Positions 12,990-25,559 of a stretch of DNA of 64,000 nt are shown in pieces. How positions within the stretch are numbered: position 1 is the first letter of the stretch; each line of letters starts with the position of its first letter. The stretch spans positions 321,912,732-321,976,731 of the forward strand of contig NC_058131.1 in NCBI RefSeq assembly GCF_016433145.1, given 5' to 3'. This DNA comes from Gracilinanus agilis. Taxonomy: Eukaryota. Below the pieces are notes generated by a model. It was given only the letters and a program-made list of their open reading frames with translations. It was not told the DNA's origin and searched no databases. The position numbers and the translations under genes were made by a program.

Positions 12990-13860
12990 TGTAATGGTCT
13001 TTTTTGTTGGATCTTCATCCGGGTCATGCTGGTTAATCATAGGTGTCCCTCAAGGCTCTGTCTTGGACTTTTTTCTCTTTTCCCTCTGTACTATTTCACT
13101 TGGTGAGTTCATCAGTTCCTATGGATTCAATTATTATCTCTTTGTAGATGACTCACAAATCTATCCAGCTCTAAATTCTCCCCTCACTTCTAGTCTCACA
13201 TCTCCAATATTGAACATCTCAAATTGAATGTTCTATAGACATCTTAAATTCAATGTGTCCAAAATTGAATTCATTATCTATCTAAATTCTTTCCTCTTCC
13301 ATGCTTCCTTATTACCACCATCCTTCCAATTATTTGGGCTTGAAACCTGGGTATTACCCTCAAGTTTTCATTCTCTCAATTCCCATTTCCAATCTGTTAC
13401 CAGGTTCTTTTGAGTCTACCTTCAAAACATCTCTCCTCTGTATTTCCTTCTTTCTGCTTCGGGCAAGCCCATATCATTTCATGACTGGACTATTGCAATA
13501 GCTTTCTGGTGTGGTCTCCTTGCCTCAAGTCTCTCCTCACTTTAGTCCTTCCATTCAGCTATCAAAATGATCTGCCTAATGTGTGGGTCTGACCATGTCA
13601 TTCCCTTTGCGCCCCCCCCAAGCTGCAGTGGCTCCCTATTACTTCCAGCATCAAATATAAAATCCTCATTTTGATTTGTAAAACCCTTTACAACCTCTAC
13701 TCTTAGATTTTCAGTCTCTTCTATTACTCAAGTTTCCAGGGAACCTGGTCTTCTTGCAGTAGCTTGCTGTCATCTCCTGATTTTGTGCCTTTTCCCTGTC
13801 TGGCTGTCAAGTCTGGAATGTTCTTCTTCCTTGTCTCTGTCTCCTGGCTTTCTTTAAGTC
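12990..13860 (+). mobile_element. L2 LINE RT and 3' region
   Basis: ORF 12925-13227 contains GVPQGSVL...FVDDSQIY (L2/CR1 RT motifs GVPQGS and YADD). Confidence 0.85.
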
Positions 13861-14305
13861 AATTAGATATTGCAATGGATAAAGTTGATTCAGCTGCTGG
13901 ACCTGGAATAAGGAAGACTAGAGTTCCAATTTGACTTCTTATACTTACTAGTTGTGTGACTGGGGTAAGTCACTAAACTTCTGGCTACTTTGGTTTCCTC
14001 AGCTATAGAATGCAGTTAATAATAGCATCTTATTTCCTATGGTTGTTGTGAGGTTAAAATGATATAATACATGTAAAATGCTTTCCAAACCTTAAAGTGT
14101 TATATAAATATTAGTTGTTGTTGTTGTTATTATTATATCAGCTGAAATTCTAACTTCTTCAAGAAGCCTTTCCTGTAAGGTCAAGGATTCAACCCCCAGG
14201 TGCTCTGATATCAAGTCCAGTGCTTTTTTTTTTTTTTTTTTTTTTTTTTTGGCTACATCACGCTATATGGAGATGATAGAATATTCCCTCTATGAGAATT
14301 ACCAG

Positions 14306-14308
<3 letters not shown>

Positions 14309-14379
<71 letters not shown>
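14309..14379. repeat. (CT)n(CA)n compound microsatellite
   Basis: Direct reading. Confidence 0.97.
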
Positions 14380-14899
14380 AAGAGAAATGGGAGAAATAAA
14401 AGGGGTGCAGCTGGTTGGCTCATTGGATTGAGAGACAGAAGGTCCCAGGTTCAAATGTGACCTCAAGGGTTAAAAAAAAAGAAACAGAAGAAGAGAAAAG
14501 GAAAATAAAGGAAAGAAGAGAAGAAAAAAGAAAGAAATATTAGTTTAAGGTTTGGCTGACTTAATCTGAGTCAAGTTTAAAGAGCTAGGAAATGAAATAC
14601 TGAAAAACATTAAGTAAGAAACTAAGCTTGGGTTGAGTTAGAAAAAAAGGCACCATTCCCTCTTCAATTATTCTGAGTTTGTAAGGAATAAAACTAGCTG
14701 ATTATAAATCCTTGCCTTAAGAGCTTATTGTATCATACCGAAGAGATATGGTAGGTAAACAGCTAAGTATAATACAAGGCAGAGTGGGATGTGGGCAAAG
14801 GGAAGAATCAGACTAATGAAAACTGGTGTTTCTATAATGTTTTATGTACATTATCTCATTTGATGCTCACAGCTATCATGGAAAGTGTTATATTTTGAC

Positions 14900-15560
14900 A
14901 TTGGGACCTGAGTTTTCTTCCAGCTCTGACATTTTGTTTTAGGTTCTGTATATCACATTTTCTAAAGTCAGGGTCCCACAAGCACCTCAAATACAATTTA
15001 CCCCAGAGAGAATTTGTTAACTTCCCTCTAAAATCTGCCCCTATGTTCTCATTTCTGTTGATAGTGTCACCAACTTCCCAATTACCCTGGCTCAAATGGT
15101 ATCTCCTTGGACTCTTTCTTCTTCCTTAGATCCCAATATCCAATCAGGTGCCAACTCTTGTTGAGTCTACCTCTACAATAGCTTGTATATTCATCACCAT
15201 CCTCTCTCCAACCATCCCAGCTCAGGTTCTCCTCACCTCTCATCTAGATTATTGTAAGAGCCTTCTAGCAGTCTCCTCCTAAAGTCCAAGGTACCCTGGA
15301 TCCAATCAGCCTTGTTTCATACTCTCCCCTAGCCTTTACAATCTAATTCCAGTTGACCCTTCATGCTAACTGAACTACTCAAGCATGTTATCTTCTACCT
15401 CTGAGGATTTGCACAGGCTATTCCCTGTGTCTCGAATGTATTCTCTCCTCATCTCTACCTTTCAGTCTGCTCCTCTTCCTCTAAAGCTCAGCGTAGTTGT
15501 CATTCTATGAAGCCTTCCCTAATTCCTCCAGCTCAGCATATTATCTTTGTCCTTAAATTT
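14900..15560 (+). mobile_element. Degenerate L2 3' fragment
   Basis: L2 motifs (ctcctcacctctcatctagattattgtaagagcc; gaagccttccctaattcc). Confidence 0.6.
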
Positions 15561-15989
15561 TCCTGAAAAACCCATAGAAAATGCATCCAAATAGATAGAA
15601 TGCTGGCCTTGGAGTCAGGAAACCTCAGGTTTGAATTTTACCTCAGCTATGTGTTCATGGGTAAATCATTTAATCTTACTGTCTCAGTTTCCACATCTGT
15701 AAAATGGGGATAATAATAAATGTAACACCTTACATAAATGTTTTGAGCAGAAAATGAGATAGCGTAGGTAAAATATTATGTAAATAGCAGCTATTAGTTT
15801 AAATCTCTACCTTGCCCATGTCACCCTCTCTTGTATTATATATTTATCTGTGCATATACCATATCCCTTAGATATGATATAGTAAGATCCTTGAAGGCAG
15901 GGATTTGTAATTTTTTTTTTTTTTTTTTGCTTACTCAGTGCCTATAATGCAAGGCTTTGCTCATAATAGGTTCTTTAAAAAAAACAAAC

Positions 15990-16176
15990 AAGCAAACCTT
16001 TAGGTCTGCCTTAGAAGCAGACTTAGTATTGGTTTCAAGGCAGAAGAGCTATAAGGGCTAGGCCATGGGGGTTAAGTGTCTTGCCCAGGGTCACACAGCT
16101 AGGAAGTATCTAAGGCCAGAACTGTACCCAGGATCTCTTGTCTCCAGGTCTGGCTCTGCATCCCCTGAGCTGCCCC
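15990..16176 (-). mobile_element. CORE-SINE
   Basis: Reverse-complement SINE ending ..tgagctgcccc. Confidence 0.85.
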
Positions 16177-17863
16177 TGGGTTCTTACTGATACTCAAATT
16201 GAAATTGAGTTCTATGCTCCCTCTAGTTATCAGTGAGCTCTCTCTCTCTCTTCTTACATTATCATGTATTGGATCAGTTTCCATGTTGCTTTTCCCTCCC
16301 TCTCCCCTCACCAGAACTCAAGCCCCTTCGGGGCAGTGGCAGTTTTTTCCATTTTCTTCTTCCATTACTAGAACCTGACCCAATGACAGGTACTTAATAA
16401 CTGCTTGTTTTAGATTGCCCTAGATTGTTCTGAGGTCTTTTCTGATTCTAACATTCTATTTTCTAACCTTCCATGTTCTAGGATACTGCCTAGAATTCCA
16501 GGGACCCGAGAAAAGAATGAATGCAGGGACCTGTCCTGAGAGAACAGTGGGACTGTACCTCGTTACAGATCGGGGGCTGGGATTTGAGAGAGCAGCCCCA
16601 CCATTGCGTGGGGTCTGCCCCCACCCCCTACACTCTGTGGGGTCCGCAGGCCAGTTTAAGTCCCAGGGCTCATTAACCCCATGTGGGGCCAACAGGCAGT
16701 GGAAGAGAGGGTGTGGGCTGGTGGGCAGGAGACTGTAGGCAAAACACATTTATGAACAAGAATGGATTCAAGCTATTATTTCTTCTTTCCTCCCCCCCAA
16801 CCCCCCCCCCCAGATTTTTTTTTTCCCATGGACTCTTAACTGGGCCTTCTTGATCCTGCTAAAGTGTTCTCCATACTCTAAATAAACAGCCGTGGAGCTC
16901 GGCCCAGGAGAGCAGAGAAGAATGCAGGGGGCTTTGAGCAACAAGCAGACACACATGTCAGCAATTTGGCCGCCTTGTGTATTTTGGCTTTTAGCAAAGC
17001 ATTTTGGAATAAACGGATGGACGCAGGAAAACCTTATCCTGCTGGCAGCTGGGGTTCAGAGTAAATTGCTTTCAGCTGATATGCCCTGCGCTCCAGCCGA
17101 GCTGGTCCCTGGTGGGCTCACCTTCCAGCTGTGGGGGGAAGTGGCCCCCTGGGAAAGAAGGCCCTGAAGACATGGTGCCTGGATTTCCCATCTTCTGAGC
17201 CCTTCTTTCAAGACACCTATGTGAAGATATGTTTCCTGAAGGTTCCTGCCTAGAATTCCACCAACTAGTTTCTCTTTGGAGGATCTCCAAGCACATCTTC
17301 CAATCCACCTGGCCTGACCAGATGAGAAGGGAGCCTGCAATACTAGCTGAGGACAGAAAAGCTGAGGACCAGAGAATGAGTGACTTGTAGGATTAAAGGA
17401 GCAATATCACATAGAGGAAAAAACATAGTTCTCTTTAATCTAGAAGGAGAGCACTAGATCTAGAGTCAAACAATATGCCCTTGAATCCTGGTTCTGCCAC
17501 TATACTAGCTGTATAGATTCTCTCCTTGCCTCAGTTTCTTTGATATGTAAAATGGATGGCAATATCTCACAGTTATTGTGAGGAAACATTTACAGGAAGG
17601 GGCAGTTATGTTGAGTCAGTGTTGGGCCTGAAGTCAGGAAGACCTGAGTCAAATTTGTCTTTGGATACTTACTAGCTAGGATTTTGGGCAAGTCATTTAA
17701 CTTCCTTCAGCCTGTTTCCTAAACTATAAAGTGGGGATAATAATAGTATATACCTCCCAAGATTTTTAGGAGGATCAAATGAGATGATATGTTATCATAG
17801 ATATAAAAAATAATTCTAAAATATGAATGTGAGCTTATTTTATAATCCACCTGTCTTCACCCA

Positions 17864-18330
17864 ATGAGGATAGTTCTTCCTCTTCCTCCTCTTCCATTTC
17901 CTATTCCCCTTCCTCTTTTTCTTCCTCTTCCTCCTTCACCTTCTCCTCTTTCTCCTTCTTCTCCTCCCCCTCCTCCTCCTCCTCCTCTAATTTCCTCTCC
18001 CCCTATTCTGTTTTCCCTTTCATTCTCCTTCCTCCAGTCTTTATTCCCCTCTTTCCCCTGTTTTCTCTTTCTTCCTGCTCCTTTTTCTTCCTCCTTTGCC
18101 TTTTCTTCCTTTTCCTTTCCCTTCTCTTTCATTTCTCCTTTTCCTGTTCCTTCTTCCTCTCCTACTATTTCTATTTTTTCCATCCTTCTCCTTTTCTTCC
18201 TTCTCTCCTTTCCCTCTACTTTTTGTGGTCTTTCTTCTCCTCCCCATTTTGGTTCCTGTTTTCCTGCCTCTTCCATTCTCTATCCTTCATTTGCCTTTCT
18301 CTTCTCCTTCCCTTCTTCCCTCCGTCATCT
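17864..18330. repeat. About 470-bp polypyrimidine (CT-rich) low-complexity tract
   Basis: Almost entirely C/T on the + strand. Confidence 0.95.
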
Positions 18331-19302
18331 TGCCCCACAGAGATGGTAGAAAAAGAGAACCATACCAAAGGAAAGAAACAAAGTGTTTCTGAACAAAAGT
18401 TCAGAGAAGAGAGAATAATTTTGGCTATCAATTCTAGAACACCTTTTTTACACATTGCTTTTCAGAGAAGACTTCTTAGAGTATCTAGCAAGTAGCAATA
18501 GAGTACTAACTTTGGAGTTAGAACAACCCGAACTCGAATTCTGCCTCAGACACTTACAGGCTATATGAGAAACTAAATTACTTACTCACTCTACACCTCA
18601 CTTTCCTCATCTGTAGAATGAGTTATAGACTTGATGGACTTTAAAATTTGTTCTAGTTCTAAGTCAGTGCTCCTATACATGTCATTAGAACTAAAGCATT
18701 AAAGCATGAATAGATGGATATAATTTGGGAGGATATCTCAGGTGTAGAGAAAGACTTAGGGAAAAAGTAGGGAGGTCACAGGCAGTCCAGCGTATGGTCC
18801 AGAAATGGTAAGCCTTCTTCTTTGGCTATGTATATAGAGAGTGGCTAGAATTCTCTCCCTCCCCACCCACCACATACTCTTCTCTGGAGACTTTCTCTCC
18901 AGCCTTAGTGTCCTCCTATTCTCTCCCCCATTTGAGAAGGCAGCAAAGTATAACAGAAAATCATAAATTCAGTTTTCAAATCTTACTTCTCTAACTCCCA
19001 TACCATTTGGCTTTGAGGAAATCATCTTATCTCTCTTGAACTCAGTTTCTTCATGTGTAAAATGGGACAGTAATATTTACCCTGCTTTTCTCACAAGGTT
19101 GTAATAAAGACTAAAAGAAAAAAAAAGCATTATAAGCCATAAAATACTACTGGAATGTCACCGTTTATTGTTCATGTTATAAGGTGATACAAAAATGGTT
19201 CTATATTGGTCCAAATATAGATCATATGAGATGTCCCAAATGGGATATTTTTTGAGAGGAAAATAATTATGTAGTTAAACTCTGAAAAGAAAACCCAATC
19301 AT

Positions 19303-19497
19303 TGCGGGCAGCTGGGTGACTCAGTGGACTGAGAGCCAGATCCAGAGATGCGAAGTCCTGGGTTCAAATTTGACCTCAGATGTATGACCCTGGGCAAGTC
19401 ACTTAACCCGCATTGCCTAGCTCTTACCACTCTTCTGTCTTGGAACCAATACTTAGTATTGATTCTAAGACGGAAGGTAAAGGTTTTAAAAAAACAC
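19303..19497 (+). mobile_element. CORE-SINE with 11-bp TSD
   Basis: TSD aacccaatcat at 19292-19302 and 19498-19508. Confidence 0.92.
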
Positions 19498-20509
19498 AAC
19501 CCAATCATAGGGTACATTCAAGTTTTATACAAATTAGATAATCTGAGTCCAGCACTATTCCCCAGGCAACACTGGAGTCCTCAGTATGCTGTGCAAATCC
19601 TTTAGGTAGAGTTTAGGACGGGACACAGACAAAGTATAGGTGGGTTGTAATCAGTATTTCAAGGGAGTAACAACATTAGATGAGATGGCAGATTTATGGA
19701 AATACTAAAGACCAGATTGAAAAGACAATTGAGGGCAACCACCTCATTTTATGGATTAGGAAACTGAGGCCCAGAGAGGTTAAATTCAAGGTCACACAGG
19801 TAGGAAGTAACAGATAGATTTAGAACCCAAATTTCCCAAACCCAAATCCAGTACTCTTTTCAGCACTCTGCCTTACTTTACATCCTCTGATTTGGGTCTT
19901 GCATCCCATTCTTGCAGCTGGACTGCTATGAATTAGTGATTTATTGGGAATTAAACCCCTGTTCTGTGCTAGACTACTGGAGGTTGGGAGTTGGTGAGGC
20001 TATATAAATGGACCAGTGGCCTTTAAACAGGGACTCCGGCATTTTGAGAACAGGACTATTCTGGTTCCTGGTGATGATAGAACTGGCCGGGATCTTGTCA
20101 TTCTGGTAATTGATAGAGCTTCCCAGTCAAAGCTGAAGAGATCTCATGTGTATCCACTTTTGATTATCTATCACCAAAATGGTCTCATATTTCTGTAATC
20201 TCATTTCTGAGATGTGGCAAATGAATGAGAGGGGGACCAAGAGTCAGGAGATCCAGGTTCAAGTCCTCATCTCTAAGATGAGAGCACTGGCCTCAAAAAT
20301 CCCTAATGGCCCCTCTGCAGTTCCAAGGATTCCTTTAAGCCTTGACATCCTATGACTATTATCTGTCTCTGTGTCCCCTTGGGAAGGGTGGATGGCAAGC
20401 GAGAGGGAATGGAAAAGGGAAGGAACCAGTGGGGGGAAGTTTATGAAGTTCAGCTCGGAGGAGAAGAGAGGAGAGAAGGGAGGTGGGAGCCCCCTCCTCT
20501 AGTTCTATT

Positions 20510-20910
20510 TCGCTCCCTCCCGCTCCTTCTTGGGGGAGGAGCTGAGGATTCCAATTAGAGAGCCGCTGGGAGCCAGCCCCGGGGAGATAATGACAGTAGG
20601 AAGCAGTCCGGAATTAGGGCTCTTGTTTAGCAAACTAAACAAAGAATTATGTACAAGGCGGGCTGAGAGTCGGCGGCGCTGTCCCTGCTGCTGATTACGG
20701 GAAGAGAAATATGTAAATGCAGCTCCGGCCGTTGCCATGGTAACCCCATGAATTGCTGCTCCTGTTACATCGGATTCGAAAAGGCAAAACATACCTGGGG
20801 TCAGCGTGTGCTGCTTTCCCACTCCAGCCACCTCGGGCTGCAAGGGACAGCTTTCTCGTGATGTCCTGTCAGGGGCACGTGTCCGAGCTTGTCCCCGGGG
20901 GCACCGCATG
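20510..20910. promoter_or_regulatory. CpG-enriched candidate enhancer/promoter with an RFX X-box
   Basis: About 20 CpGs in 400 bp in a CpG-poor window; X-box GTTGCCATGGTAAC at 20731-20744; inverted TTGTTTAG-N4-CTAAACAA at 20623-20642; no recognisable repeat. Confidence 0.65.
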
Positions 20911-21429
20911 CACAGACAGGCATGGGCTAGAGCCTGTATGTGACCACCACACAGATATGTATGGGAAGGCATGCATTCTGTGTGGGCATAATATGGGCAC
21001 ACACCAGTGACTGGGTATAGCCGCTTGTGTGTGTGTGTGTGTGGGGGGTGCACAAACATTACAGCACCACATGTATATATTAATCCTCCAGCACGGAGCA
21101 GTGCAGTGGGAAAAGCTCAGGATTTGGAGTCAGAAAACAGAGTGGAAGCTTGCCTTTGCCCCTTACTACCTGTGTGACCTGGGACAAATTGTTTAAGCTC
21201 TCTGGAGCTCAGTTCCTTAGCTGTAGAATCTGCAGTTGGGCCACGTGGCTTCTGGGGTCCCTTCAGCTTCTAATCTATGATCCCAGCCTCTCCTTCTATC
21301 ACCCTATGCTTGAAAATGTGACTACACTGAATCTAGGAGTGGATGTATGTACATCGTGCTCATAACCCAAGTGTATAAGCCATTTGGGTTCATATGTGGA
21401 AATGGCCCCACATCTGTGGATATAGATAA

Positions 21430-21830
21430 TGGATGCAGAGAATATATATAGATATAGATAAATGGATGTAGATCTAGATGATAGATATAGATAAATAGAT
21501 CTAGATAATATATAGATATAGATAAGTGAGTGTAGATAATATATAGATAAGTGGATGTAGATAATATATAGAGACATAGGTAATATATAGATATAGATAA
21601 ATGGATGTAGATCTAGATGATAGATCTAGATAAATAGATATAGATAATATATAGATATAGATAAGTGGGTGTAGATAATATATAGATAAGTGGATGTAGA
21701 TAATATATAGAGATATAAGTAATATATAGACATAGATAAATGGATGTAGATCTAGATAATATATATCTATGTATAGATCTAGATAATAGATCTAGATAAT
21801 ATATAGATATAGATAAGTGGACATATCTAA
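21430..21830. repeat. AT-rich (ATAG-derived) compound tandem repeat with a 139-bp higher-order unit
   Basis: Anchor gatatagataaatggatgtag recurs at 21451, 21590 and 21729. Confidence 0.9.
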
Positions 21831-22700
21831 TAACCAGATAAGAAAATAGCTAACATTTATATGACATGTTCAAGTTTGCATATATTTTCTCATTTTATTC
21901 TGGGAGGCGGGTACTATTAGCCCTATTTTACAGATAAGGAGGCTGTGTCAGAGAAAAGGTTAAGAGGCTTAGTGTGGCTCCTTTAGTAAATATCTGAGGC
22001 AGGATTTGAATATGAGTGGCATTCTATCTCCTATGTCAACTAGCTGAATAGAGTGGAGGAGGGGTTGTGTGGATTTGATTATATATGTCATGAGAATTTT
22101 GGGTTGGAGGTTAGGTGCATATGTGAGTATATGCATCATGTGCGCATGGTGAGAATATTATATCTGTCCAGGCATAGAATCATAGGACATAAAATATTTG
22201 ACCCAGAAAGGATCTCAGTAGGCATCTAGTCCTGTCTCTTTATTTCACAAATAAGGTTATTGAGTCCCGGAGAGGGGAAATGACTTTTCCAAGTTGGTGA
22301 AAATATGTGTATTTAGGGTAGGCATGTATCAGTTGTATATGTACATACAAGGAGAGAAGACAGTGTGTCTCAAAATATAGACGTAGGTGCATGTGTGTCT
22401 GTGTACATATTTGCAGTGGTGTATATATCTGCATAGTAACCTGGCATACATTATGGAGATATTCATATGGCACTAGAAAGAACATTGGATTGAAATCAGA
22501 AGACCTTGGTTCAAACCCTAACTTGAATACTCATTAACTGGTGACCTTAGGCAAGTCACTTCACCATTGTGAACTTAGTTTCCTCACCTGTAAGATGGGT
22601 GGATTGGATTAGATCATTTCTAAAGTCTCTTTTGGATCTAGGCTCTATGATCATAAATCATTTTATTTCTCCAAACTTCATGCTTTTTAAAAGTATATGT

Positions 22701-22900
22701 GGGGGGCAGCTGGGTAGCTCAGTGGATTGAGAGTCAGGCCTAGAGATAGGAGGTCCTAGGTTCAAATCTGGCTTCAGACACTTCCTGGCTGTGTGACCCT
22801 GGGCAAGTCACTTGACCTCCATTGCCTACCCTTACTACTCTTCCACCAAGGAGCCAATACACAGAAGTTAAGGGTTTAAAAAAAAAAAAAAGAAAGAAAG
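22701..22900 (+). mobile_element. Young CORE-SINE (SINE1_Mdo-like)
   Basis: Near-identical to the 3890-4108 copy; poly-A tail. Confidence 0.92.
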
Positions 22901-22914
22901 AGCTAGAAAGGCCT

Positions 22915-23360
22915 ACATGAAATGATGCAGAGTGAAATAAGCAGAACCATGAGAACTTTGTACACAATAACGGCAATACTGTGGGATGTTCAATGGTCAA
23001 AGACTTAGTTACTCTTGACAAAAAAATGATCCAGGATAATTCTGAAGGACTTATGACAAAAATGCTATCCACCTCCAGAGAAAGAACTGCTAGAATTATA
23101 ATGTAGATCAGAGCACATTATTTTTCACTTTAGATTATTTAGGTTTTTATTTTGGAGTTTTGGTTTCATATGAGTATTCTCTCATAACAACGAATAATAT
23201 GGAGATAGGTTTTGCATGACAGTACATGTGTAATCCAGATCAAATTGCTTACCATCTCTGGGAAGGGGAAGGAAAACAATTTGGATCTTAAAATTTCAGA
23301 AAACTTATGTGGAAAATTGTTATTACATGTAATTAGTAATAAAATATCTTTAAAAATGTG
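22915..23360 (+). mobile_element. L1 3' fragment
   Basis: aaatgatgcagagtgaaataagcagaacc..aaaatgctatccacctccagagaaagaactg matches the L1 3' region also seen at 4980-5300. Confidence 0.8.
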
Positions 23361-24009
23361 TGTATATGTGTATTGGCATGGGAATAGGAAAATATGTATT
23401 TCACGAAAGCACTGGTATAACCCATATCAAACTATTTACCACCTCAGGGAGTGGGGAAGGAGAGAAGGAAAGAATCTATATTGCAAAATGTCAGAAAGCA
23501 ACATAGACAATGCAATTGCTGCCTTTTCCAACCTCCTAGGGTTGACCTTATGAATAGAATGTCTATATGGTATGAATTGAAGGGTTATGGGGGGCCTGCT
23601 TGCCCCTTTAATCTTCACCATCTTCTTTTCCTCTAACTGAATGATCACATACCTCTCGAGGTCAAGCCAGAACCCATTAGAGCCAATCCATGGCCCCTAC
23701 TTTAGAGTCCACTGATATAGGCAATGGGGAGTCAGTGATGACTTTTAAGTAAGGGGCTGAAAATGTCAGACCTGGGCAGAAAAATGTGATTTGGGCACCT
23801 TTGATGAGGAGGGCTTATTAAGTGGAGAGACTAGGAAAGCAGTCCAAAAGTAGCATGCTAGTCCAGGCAAGGGATAATGAGGGTCTGAGTGAGGGTGAAG
23901 GACAGATGTAAGAAATGCTGTAAAGGCAGATTTGAATTAGTCTGGGCAACTGTGGTAGTTTAGAAATTGGACATTTTTTCTGGATCTGCTTATTTTTGTA
24001 AAAAGTCAT

Positions 24010-24710
24010 ATGGAACCAGACTCAAAGAGCTATAAAACTATGCATATCATTTGACCTAGCAGTACTACTTTTGGTCTATAATCCAAAGAGATCATAGAAA
24101 AGAGAAAAGGACCTACTATCAACATATTTTTAGTAGCTCTTTTTGTAGTGGGTTATCTATTACTTGGGGAATGGATGACCAAGTTGTGGTATATAGTTAT
24201 AATGGCATACTATTTCACCATAAGAAATTATGAATAGGTTGAGTTCAGAAAAACCTGGAAGACTTATATGAATGGATGAAAAGTGAAGAGAGCAGAACCA
24301 GAAGAACAATGTATACAGTAACAGAAATATTATATGATGATCAACTTTAAAGTATTAAACTGTTAAAAAGTAAGTTTCCAAGATAACCACAGGGGACTCA
24401 TGATGAAAAATGCTATCCACAGTCAAAGAAGAAATTGTTGAAGTCTGATTGTAGATCAAAACATGCCATCTTTCTTTCATGAGTCTTTTTACTGTATGTG
24501 TGATATGTGTTTTTTATCATGGCATGAGCAATATGGAAATATGTATAAATATGTATTGCATGAGAACACTGGTATAATCTATATCAGACTACTTACTGCC
24601 TTGAGTGGTGAGGTGTGGAGGTAAAGAGAAAATCTGAATCATAAAATGTCATAAAACAATTGTCAAAAATTGTTTCTACATGTAACTGAAAAAATAAATA
24701 ATTTTTTAAA
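24010..24710 (+). mobile_element. L1 ORF2 C-terminus/3'UTR fragment
   Basis: aaactatgcatatcatttgacctagcagtac..gaaaaatgctatccac, A-rich end. Confidence 0.8.
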
Positions 24711-25559
24711 AGTTCCCCTGCTCTTGCACCTAGCTTGTATCTCTTTCTTTTCCTAGAATTTCCTATGTCTAGAGCCTTCCATACTAAAAACTGTCATACC
24801 CCACGCAACTTTGTCAGTTAGCATTTTCCTGACTGTGAAGTGTGAAGATTGATTTCCAGATCAGATGCAACTGAATAAGACCCCGCTGCTTCCTAAAAAG
24901 ACCCTGGATCTCATCTACATTCTTTGGCTGCTCTATTGTTCAAGGTAGAGCCATAGTGTACCACACCAACTGAGAAAGGGTGATTGAGAAATTGGCATAA
25001 TCTAGGGGTCATATCAGAATGATACTTCTTGTAGGATCTTTAGCCTTCTTGTTCCTCTTGCTGTGACTGAATGGGCATCTCACATTTGGACTAGATGCTC
25101 TTTGTTGAATCATAGATTGTCTTTTGCTCTCCAGAGATTTTCTTGTACCTTGGTCCCTCCAGTGTTTGGGATCTGGATGTAGCCTTTTTCTTTCTTCTCA
25201 TCCCCCTTTACCCCCTATGCCTCTGAGTGTTTCAATTTGGGTCCTATACCTTGCCTTTTGTGAATTAAAACAGGGGTTATGAGCCTTTTCTTGTGAGATG
25301 GTACTCTTTGACAATCTGATGAAGCTTGTGGATTCCTTCTCAGAATGTTTTTAGATGCATAAAATAAAATACAAAGGATTTCAAAGGAAATCAATTATGT
25401 TGAAATAGTTATCTATTTATCTATCTACCGCTTTATTTTTTAAAACCAAGTTTACAGTTTAGAACCCCTTCCCTAAATAAAGATCTATTGCTTTTAACAT
25501 GATTTCCAGTCTGCTTCTTCTGTGGAAAACTCTAAATTTTATAAAAGTAGCTATAATAG

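Noticed and set aside
12925-13227. 100-aa ORF with RT motifs as an active element
   Set aside because: Decayed L2 fragment (YADD changed to FVDD) with adjacent stops and frameshifts.
17857-18495. Several 60-161 aa Glu/Lys/Arg-rich or Pro/Ser/Phe-rich ORFs
   Set aside because: Products of a stop-poor polypyrimidine tract, with no splice or homology support.
20505-21059. 184-aa minus-strand ORF
   Set aside because: It starts in a (CA)n tract, is GC-rich and has no recognisable domain; better explained as regulatory DNA.
24740-25270. Possible solo LTR
   Set aside because: I could not identify TG..CA ends with a TSD or a partner LTR, so it is left unassigned.
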